From Candidatus Andersenbacteria bacterium RIFCSPHIGHO2_02_FULL_46_16 (lineage in GTDB: Bacteria; Patescibacteriota; Andersenbacteria; UBA10190), in the NCBI GenBank assembly GCA_001817065.1, contig MHHQ01000025.1:55528-119527 (forward strand): DNA of 64,000 nt, written 5' to 3'. The position numbers were made by a program, and so were the translations under genes. Below the pieces are notes generated by a model. It saw only the letters and a list, made by a program, of their open reading frames with translations. It did not search any database and was not told the DNA's origin. Of this stretch, positions 58,543 through 64,000 are shown piece by piece. Numbering within the stretch: position 1 is the stretch's first letter; every line of letters begins with the position of its first letter.

Positions 58543-59751
58543 ATGATTAAATTAGTTCCAGGACTTTTCCACAACGAGCAACAAACCAAACAGGAACTCT
58601 GCGATTTTATCCTGCACACTAACCAGCTAAGTATTGGACAGCAATGCTCCAATTTTGAGCAATCCTTTGCCGCCTGGCAGGGGCGCCGCCATTGTGTTCT
58701 ATTTAGCAGCGGCAGTTCTGCTAATCTAGCCCTTATTCAAGCCTTGCTTAATCTCCAATTGCTGGAGCGTGATCATTTAGTCGCTTTCTCTGCTCTCACT
58801 TGGGCGACCAATGTCATGCCTATTATTCAGCTCGGGTTAGAACCAATCCCCGTCGACGTTGAGCTAACCACGCTCAATGTATCTAGCCAAACTTTCCAAT
58901 CTGTTCTCGATCAGCACCCTAACATCAAGATGCTATTTTTGACTAACTTACTTGGCTTCTGCAGCGATTTAGAGCAGATTACCAGCCTCTGTGCAGAGCG
59001 CAATATCTTGCTCATTGAGGACAACTGCGAATCATTAGGTACTGAATATTTAGGCCGAAAACTAGGCAACTGGGGCCTGGCCAGCACGTTTTCTTTTTTT
59101 GTCGGTCATCACATGTCGACCATCGAAGGCGGTGCTGTTTGCACTGATGACCCCACGCTTGATCGTATGCTGCGCTTGGTAAGAGCGCATGGGTGGGACC
59201 GTAATTTATCCGATGAGGACAAAGTGCAAATCCGTCAGGAATTCCAGGTAGACGACACCTTCTTTGCAAATTTTACTTTTTACACCCTTGGCTATAATCT
59301 GCGGCCGACCGAAATTACCGGCTTTCTTGGCTCCAATCAGCTGCGCTATTTACCACAAACCATTCAACTGCGCCACCGCCAATGGCAAAAGTTCAACGCC
59401 GATCTTTCACGCAATCCGGACCTTATCCACCAAACAACTAGTCACTTGAGCCTCGTCTCTAATTTTGCCGTACCGATCGTGTGTCACACCAAGACAATTG
59501 CCGACCAATATATTAACCGTTTCAAAGCCGCTGATGTTGAAATTCGTCCGATTTTAGGCGGCTCAATTCCCGAGCAGCCCTTTTATCGCCAAGCTTATGG
59601 CGAGACCAAGCACTTAACCAATGCCCGCATCATTGACCAAGGTGGCTTTTACTTCGGCAATAACTCCGGCCTGACCGCCATGGAAATTGACCTGCTTCAT
59701 CAGTTGTGTCTCGGTCAAACAGTATTATCAGCCGTTGTCATGCCCGTCTAG
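58543..59751 (+). CDS. DegT/DnrJ/EryC1/StrS-family PLP enzyme, dehydratase subtype (ColD/E1 RfbH-like; His replaces the Schiff-base Lys)
   Basis: FSSGSSANLALIQALL, NCESLG and TFSFFVGHHMSTIEGGAV give the family fold. At the position of the catalytic Lys (SFhaxKnxxxGEGG) the sequence has His-His, as in ColD and E1 3-dehydrases. Confidence 0.6.
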   Translation: MIKLVPGLFHNEQQTKQELCDFILHTNQLSIGQQCSNFEQSFAAWQGRRHCVLFSSGSSANLALIQALLNLQLLERDHLVAFSALTWATNVMPIIQLGLEPIPVDVELTTLNVSSQTFQSVLDQHPNIKMLFLTNLLGFCSDLEQITSLCAERNILLIEDNCESLGTEYLGRKLGNWGLASTFSFFVGHHMSTIEGGAVCTDDPTLDRMLRLVRAHGWDRNLSDEDKVQIRQEFQVDDTFFANFTFYTLGYNLRPTEITGFLGSNQLRYLPQTIQLRHRQWQKFNADLSRNPDLIHQTTSHLSLVSNFAVPIVCHTKTIADQYINRFKAADVEIRPILGGSIPEQPFYRQAYGETKHLTNARIIDQGGFYFGNNSGLTAMEIDLLHQLCLGQTVLSAVVMPV

Positions 59752-59881
59752 CAGGACGCTAAATCTTCTTAGCTATCCATATAATATCACCACGCTTTTG
59801 TGCGATGATTAACAACGCCTTCTACTTTCTTATAACTGCCAATCCTTTTAACCATAACATCCCTGGCTATACACACACCGT

Positions 59882-61078
59882 TTGCTGATTGATAAGCCCT
59901 TTATTATGCCACTTACTTTATCGCCTGCGACGATCTACAATCATTTGCTTCTGTCTCTAGCTAAAAAGACCGTCATACTCAATTACCATAAATACTGCCC
60001 ACATCGTCTTGGTCACGCTATGCTTTATTATAAAACTGACTCTTTAACGTCTGGCTATTGGCATGAGTACTTACATACGAACCAGTGGGAAATAGCTGAA
60101 AAAGTTAGAATTCTCAATCAACTGGGTTATTGGGTAGACATTATCGATCGGGGCGCTTCCACCAATTGGCAGCCCGACGATATATACCAACTTTTTATTG
60201 GTATTGGCATTGATGGCTCCGGACATCACTATCTTCGTTTAGCCAAACAAGTTCCTTCAGCTATTAAAGTTCTCTACGCCACTAGCTCCAATCCAGATGA
60301 GCGTAATCAATTTGTCAAACAACGCTACTCAGACTTCGAGCAGCGCACCGGCCACGCCCTACCAATTTATCGTACTGCAGAGAATATCAACACTAGCCAA
60401 ACCGCCCAGATAACAGATCATATTATTTGTGTTGGCAACCACGTCACAAATCACACTTTTAAAAGTTTTAACCGCCCGATCCACAAGATATTTCTTTCCA
60501 CCTCACCCCGACTTGTTTTAGACTATGCTGCCTATCAAGAAAAAAAATCTCATAATTTTCTTTTTCTCTCTGGTGCTGGAAATATTCTAAAGGGTCTTGA
60601 TCTATTGCTGGAAACTTTTGCCAAACTGCCTCATTTAAATTTGTATGTTTGTACTGCGCTGGAGAGCGCATTTGTTCAACATTATAGCCGCTTGCTCGCT
60701 CAAACACCCAATATTCATATCGAAAACTTCGTCCGCATCCACAGTGAACGTTTTCGCTACTTAACTAATATTTGCGGCTACGTCATCTTACCATCCTGCA
60801 CGGAGGGCTGCGCTACCTCCGTCACCTCGTCTATGCGTCGCGGTCTAGTCCCAGTGGTTACCCGCCAATGCGGCATTGATGTTGAAAATTTTGGTCACTA
60901 CATTGACGATATCTCTATTCCTGGTCTGTCCACGCAAATATCCCAGCTGGCCACTGTTAATTCCACCCAGCTGCGCGAACGTGTGGCTCTTTCTTATCAG
61001 GCCTCTGCCCAATATACCCAGCGGGCTTTCTCTGTTAGCTTCACCCAAGCACTGCTGAGCATCCTTAAAACAACTTAG
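59882..61078 (+). CDS. Hypothetical protein with a GT-B-like C-terminal half
   Basis: 398 aa. LFLSGAGNILKGLDLLLETFAKL...ILPSCTEGCATSVTSSMRRGLVPVV resembles the donor-binding half of GT4-like enzymes. Confidence 0.4.
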   Translation: MLIDKPFIMPLTLSPATIYNHLLLSLAKKTVILNYHKYCPHRLGHAMLYYKTDSLTSGYWHEYLHTNQWEIAEKVRILNQLGYWVDIIDRGASTNWQPDDIYQLFIGIGIDGSGHHYLRLAKQVPSAIKVLYATSSNPDERNQFVKQRYSDFEQRTGHALPIYRTAENINTSQTAQITDHIICVGNHVTNHTFKSFNRPIHKIFLSTSPRLVLDYAAYQEKKSHNFLFLSGAGNILKGLDLLLETFAKLPHLNLYVCTALESAFVQHYSRLLAQTPNIHIENFVRIHSERFRYLTNICGYVILPSCTEGCATSVTSSMRRGLVPVVTRQCGIDVENFGHYIDDISIPGLSTQISQLATVNSTQLRERVALSYQASAQYTQRAFSVSFTQALLSILKTT

Positions 61079-61140
61079 GCGCCATCCAAAAATAACTTGG
61101 CTAGATCTCGTTCAATATGCGTCGAGATACGGCTTTCCCA

Positions 61141-61330
61141 ATTGCCTGCCGGCCATAGCTTTCCTTGACCGCCGTAGCCCTGCCTGCCGTCAGGCAGGTT
61201 TAGCGAAGGTGGTAGCGACGGCTGGAGCGAACCAGCAGCCGTAGCCAAGCTACGGTGAGTGATTCGTGATTGCCTGCCGGCCGTAGCCTTGGCGAAGGCT
61301 GGAGGAAAAGTCGTAGATTGGCGCATAGTG
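61141..61330. repeat. Degenerate GC-rich tandem duplication with hairpins in the 5' leader of the epimerase gene
   Basis: ATTGCCTGCCGGCC[A/G]TAGC occurs at 61141 and 61269. CCTGCC-GTCA-GGCAGG hairpin. CCGTAGC-CAA-GCTACGG hairpin. GGCGAAGG(C)TGG occurs twice. The local GC is well above neighbouring intergenic DNA. Confidence 0.5.
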
Positions 61331-61438
61331 GGCGAGAAATGGTTAAGTTATTTACGGATGGTAACTTAGTTGCATTAATTATTAGCCTGCTTATCACGGC
61401 CCGTTGTCGCTTAGACTGCAATTGCGTACTATATTATC

Positions 61439-62419
61439 ATGTCACATTTTCTCGTTACTGGCGGCGCCGGGTTCATCGGCACTAATATTGTACATTTTTT
61501 ATTAGCTAAACATCATCAGGTCACTGTTTTAGACAACCTCTCCACAGGCTATCTTGCCAACTTGGCTCCTGTCATGGATCGACTGACCTTTATTCAAGGA
61601 GACATTTGTGACCTGTCAACTGTTCAAGAAGCAGTCCATAATGTTGACTTTGTTCTGCATCAAGCTGCCTGGCGTGCCGTTGAAAAATCCATGGACCACC
61701 CCATTGAAGCACACCACAATAACGTTACGGGCACTCTTAATGTCTTGATGGCTGCCCGTGATGCAAAGGTTAAACGAGTCGTCCTAGCCTCATCGTCGGC
61801 CATTTATGGAGATAATGGATCACTATCTAACCAAGAGACCGCCCTACCCCGACCCGCCTCACCTTACGCAGTCGCTAAGCTTGCAGGGGAACAATATGCA
61901 ACCGTTTTTTACGAGCAATTTAACTTACCCACTATTTCCCTACGTTATTTCAATGCCTATGGACCATTCTCGCCGGCCGATTCCTCTTACTCCAATGTTA
62001 TACCGATCTTTGTCGACAATTTATTAAAAGGAACTCCCCCTACAATCCATTGGCACGGTCAGCAAAACAAAGATTTCATCTATGTCAGTGACATTGCACG
62101 TGCTAATTATTTGGCCGCAACACTCCCCAACCTTCCCTTCGGTTCCGCTTATAATATTGGTTCCGGCCATACGACATCAATCAATGAACTACTAGCCACT
62201 CTCCAAAACATTCTGCATACCAACCTTGTGCCATTACATTCACCTAAGCGACCCGGTGATGTACTAACTGCATTCTCGGACACATCAAAAGCAACACGAG
62301 AGCTGTCGTTTTCCGCTAAAGTATCACTTCGCCAAGGCCTGCAAAAATTTATTGATTGGTATCTCTCTCAATCCGAACCGCAACCTGCTGACCTTATCCA
62401 GCAATCCATTTCCGTCTAA
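61439..62419 (+). CDS. NAD-dependent nucleotide-sugar epimerase/dehydratase (GalE/WbpP-like UDP-hexose 4-epimerase family)
   Basis: FLVTGGAGFIGTNIV (GxxGxxG), YAVAKLAGEQ (YxxxK), 326 aa extended SDR. Confidence 0.75.
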   Translation: MSHFLVTGGAGFIGTNIVHFLLAKHHQVTVLDNLSTGYLANLAPVMDRLTFIQGDICDLSTVQEAVHNVDFVLHQAAWRAVEKSMDHPIEAHHNNVTGTLNVLMAARDAKVKRVVLASSSAIYGDNGSLSNQETALPRPASPYAVAKLAGEQYATVFYEQFNLPTISLRYFNAYGPFSPADSSYSNVIPIFVDNLLKGTPPTIHWHGQQNKDFIYVSDIARANYLAATLPNLPFGSAYNIGSGHTTSINELLATLQNILHTNLVPLHSPKRPGDVLTAFSDTSKATRELSFSAKVSLRQGLQKFIDWYLSQSEPQPADLIQQSISV

Positions 62420-62487
62420 ATTTGCGTTTAAACCCTATCTGCGTCCTGTCTGCCTTCTGAACAAATTCCTCGACTATCCGCGTTCTA

Positions 62488-63315
62488 TTAATCGTCCTTT
62501 TTACGACCAATATAATATACCGCCTTATAATCATCCCAGGACGTTCTGCCGGCTCGACCCTTCTTTTCCACGACTTGTCGGTATAAAACCTCCCAGTGTT
62601 TGGCCAAGAAATCATCAATCACTGACTGATCAACTTTTATCGGATGTCCGGCATCATATCTGTCCTTTAACACTTCTGTCAAATGTACACCATCATAATA
62701 TTTATCCGCAAACACCAAAACCGCTCCCGGGGCTGCAATATCTAGTACTTTCTGCCAAACTGCCTCAACATTTTGGCAATGCTCCAACACATTAATCAGC
62801 AAAATTAAATCAAACTTCTTCTCTGTTTGAAAATCCTCAATGGAGCCTTCTATTACTTGTACGCTTTTTCGTCTTGGCCAATTAACATTGGTCACCAGAC
62901 GTTCCCATATCCACATTTGCCCGCCTTTATAACGACAAAAAGGATGTTTGAGATATTTTTTAATTAACGGGTCTAGCAAATAAATCTCCCCTACTTTTGT
63001 CACGCCACCGACATGTCTTAAATTAGTAAATGGCCCGCACCCTAGCTCAATGCCATTTTTGAATGACATACCACGCAGCACCTCATAATCTCCAAACGCT
63101 TTTTTATGGAAATTGTTATTATCCTCATGCGTCCAACGTCCATCTACCATCCACGTTTTCAGTTCAAACTCTTGTGCTTTTTGCCATCTTGCCTGGTCAA
63201 TTTGCAGGACGCCAGCTTTGCCAGTTAGCCATTTTAAATCATTGTCTTGCTCTAGTTTTTTCCGTGCATCTTCTCCCTCTAAGACTGTCCTGTTGCTGCC
63301 AATATATATACTCAT
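62488..63315 (-). CDS. SAM-dependent methyltransferase
   Basis: IELGCGPFTNL (motif I-like) and LINVLEHCQN. Confidence 0.6.
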   Translation of the reverse strand: MSIYIGSNRTVLEGEDARKKLEQDNDLKWLTGKAGVLQIDQARWQKAQEFELKTWMVDGRWTHEDNNNFHKKAFGDYEVLRGMSFKNGIELGCGPFTNLRHVGGVTKVGEIYLLDPLIKKYLKHPFCRYKGGQMWIWERLVTNVNWPRRKSVQVIEGSIEDFQTEKKFDLILLINVLEHCQNVEAVWQKVLDIAAPGAVLVFADKYYDGVHLTEVLKDRYDAGHPIKVDQSVIDDFLAKHWEVLYRQVVEKKGRAGRTSWDDYKAVYYIGRKKDD

Positions 63316-64000
63316 ATTTTTAATCCTTGCTTAACTAAATTCTTTCTCAATACCCAATTCACGCTCCCAAAATATAAACCCCCTAGCACAACATAATAAA
63401 CAATCGATCCCGCCACTGCACCGCTAATACCCCACTTGGGTATCAATATTATATAAGCTATTATATTTGCAACTCCAGCTATTGCACCAATTCCCACAAA
63501 CAGACCTTCTCGTCTGTCCTTAATAAGCAAATAACTCCATATCGAAGCTAACAGATGAAAAGGTATTACCAACAGATACCATTGGGCAAAAACCACCGAT
63601 TCACGATACTGCTCGCCGAATAGACTTACTATCATAATCGGCGTCACCAGCCAGCCAACCGACAAACCGCCCACCACTATTGCCACTATCTTCCATCCTT
63701 GTGCCCGGTACCACCGAATGACTACCAACGTGCCATTCTTGTAAAGTCGGGGCACATAGGTCGAGATCACTCCGCCTATAACCAACTTCACACCCTCACC
63801 AATTTTCGTAGCAATAGCATATATAGCCAATGCTTCCAGTCCAAGCCAACCAACTAAAATCAGCCGATCTAGTCTTGAATACAGTACATTAAATATTTCC
63901 GATATAAATAATTTGTAGCCCGACTTCATCCAATTCTCTTCAACCAAATCATTAACCAGCAGCCGACTCACACGCCTGAAAAAGATAATATTAAACATCG
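63312..64000 (-). CDS. Polytopic membrane protein (Wzx/polysaccharide-biosynthesis C-terminal-like), probably truncated by the window edge
   Basis: 228 aa in the window with about 6 TM helices. ORF track start at 63998; the N-terminus may lie beyond 64000. Confidence 0.45.
   Translation of the reverse strand, partial: MFNIIFFRRVSRLLVNDLVEENWMKSGYKLFISEIFNVLYSRLDRLILVGWLGLEALAIYAIATKIGEGVKLVIGGVISTYVPRLYKNGTLVVIRWYRAQGWKIVAIVVGGLSVGWLVTPIMIVSLFGEQYRESVVFAQWYLLVIPFHLLASIWSYLLIKDRREGLFVGIGAIAGVANIIAYIILIPKWGISGAVAGSIVYYVVLGGLYFGSVNWVLRKNLVKQGLKI

Noticed and set aside
759-63323. Numerous 60-135-aa ORFs nested inside or antisense to larger genes (for example 759..974, 1631..1888, 5877..6113, 6106..6513, 17850..18161, 19508..19876, 28840..29049, 31060..31281, 52583..52807, 54130..54408, 55125..55454)
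   Set aside because: All lie within longer ORFs that have clear family signatures and better codon usage. They are typical six-frame noise.
1-64000. CRISPR arrays, tRNA or rRNA genes, prophage or defence-system genes
   Set aside because: There are no short regularly spaced direct repeats, no tRNA-like cloverleaf candidates in intergenic gaps, and no nuclease, RT or integrase-like ORFs. All sizeable ORFs are accounted for by glycan biosynthesis functions.

Overview
This 64-kb window is one continuous cell-surface glycan biosynthesis island on both strands, with about 60 tightly packed genes. Many genes have overlapping stop and start codons (ATGA or TGATG junctions), and there is no rRNA, tRNA or CRISPR. 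By eye the GC content is roughly 45%; this was not computed. The 5' and 3' ends cut through genes. Gene starts follow the provided ORF track, which also accepts GTG and TTG starts; a few starts were moved to a downstream ATG where the track start overlapped the preceding gene or a repeat.

Main content:
- At least ten GT4-type (GT-B fold) glycosyltransferases, two GT9 heptosyltransferase-like enzymes, and three DPM1/GtrB-like GT2 polyprenyl-phosphate-sugar synthases.
- At least five large polytopic membrane proteins of the YfhO, PMT_2/ArnT or GT-C type, including a tandem paralog pair.
- MurJ-like and Wzx-like flippases.
- Two NodB polysaccharide deacetylases, a RimK-type ATP-grasp ligase and an M14-like metallopeptidase-fold protein.
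- Eight methyltransferases: five class I SAM-dependent and three FkbM family.
- Nucleotide-sugar enzymes: GDP-fucose synthase (fcl), an RmlD-like reductase, a GalE/WbpP-like epimerase, a DegT-family enzyme that has His in place of the catalytic Lys (ColD/E1-type dehydratase), and a neuC-neuB-neuA nonulosonic (sialic) acid cassette with a KpsS/KpsC-like Capsule_synth protein.

The most unusual signal is a previously undescribed 172-bp GC-rich foldback (MITE-like) element present four times: 36551-36722 and 38806-38977 on the + strand, 47304-47469 and 48615-48786 on the - strand. Three copies are identical over all 172 nt; the fourth is about 90% identical and its substitutions are compensatory in both arms. 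Every copy lies immediately 3' of a gene in the same relative orientation. Two copies supply the last codons and stop codon of the upstream gene, and two abut the start codon of the downstream gene. Together the four copies bracket a roughly 12-kb block of glycan-modification genes as two direct pairs in mutually inverted orientation. This is the geometry expected for repeat-mediated cassette deletion or inversion, so it is a candidate glycan phase-variation or cassette-shuffling module.

Other points: an in-frame internally deleted fcl remnant (57054-57398), and a degenerate GC-rich tandem repeat with hairpins upstream of the epimerase gene (61141-61330).
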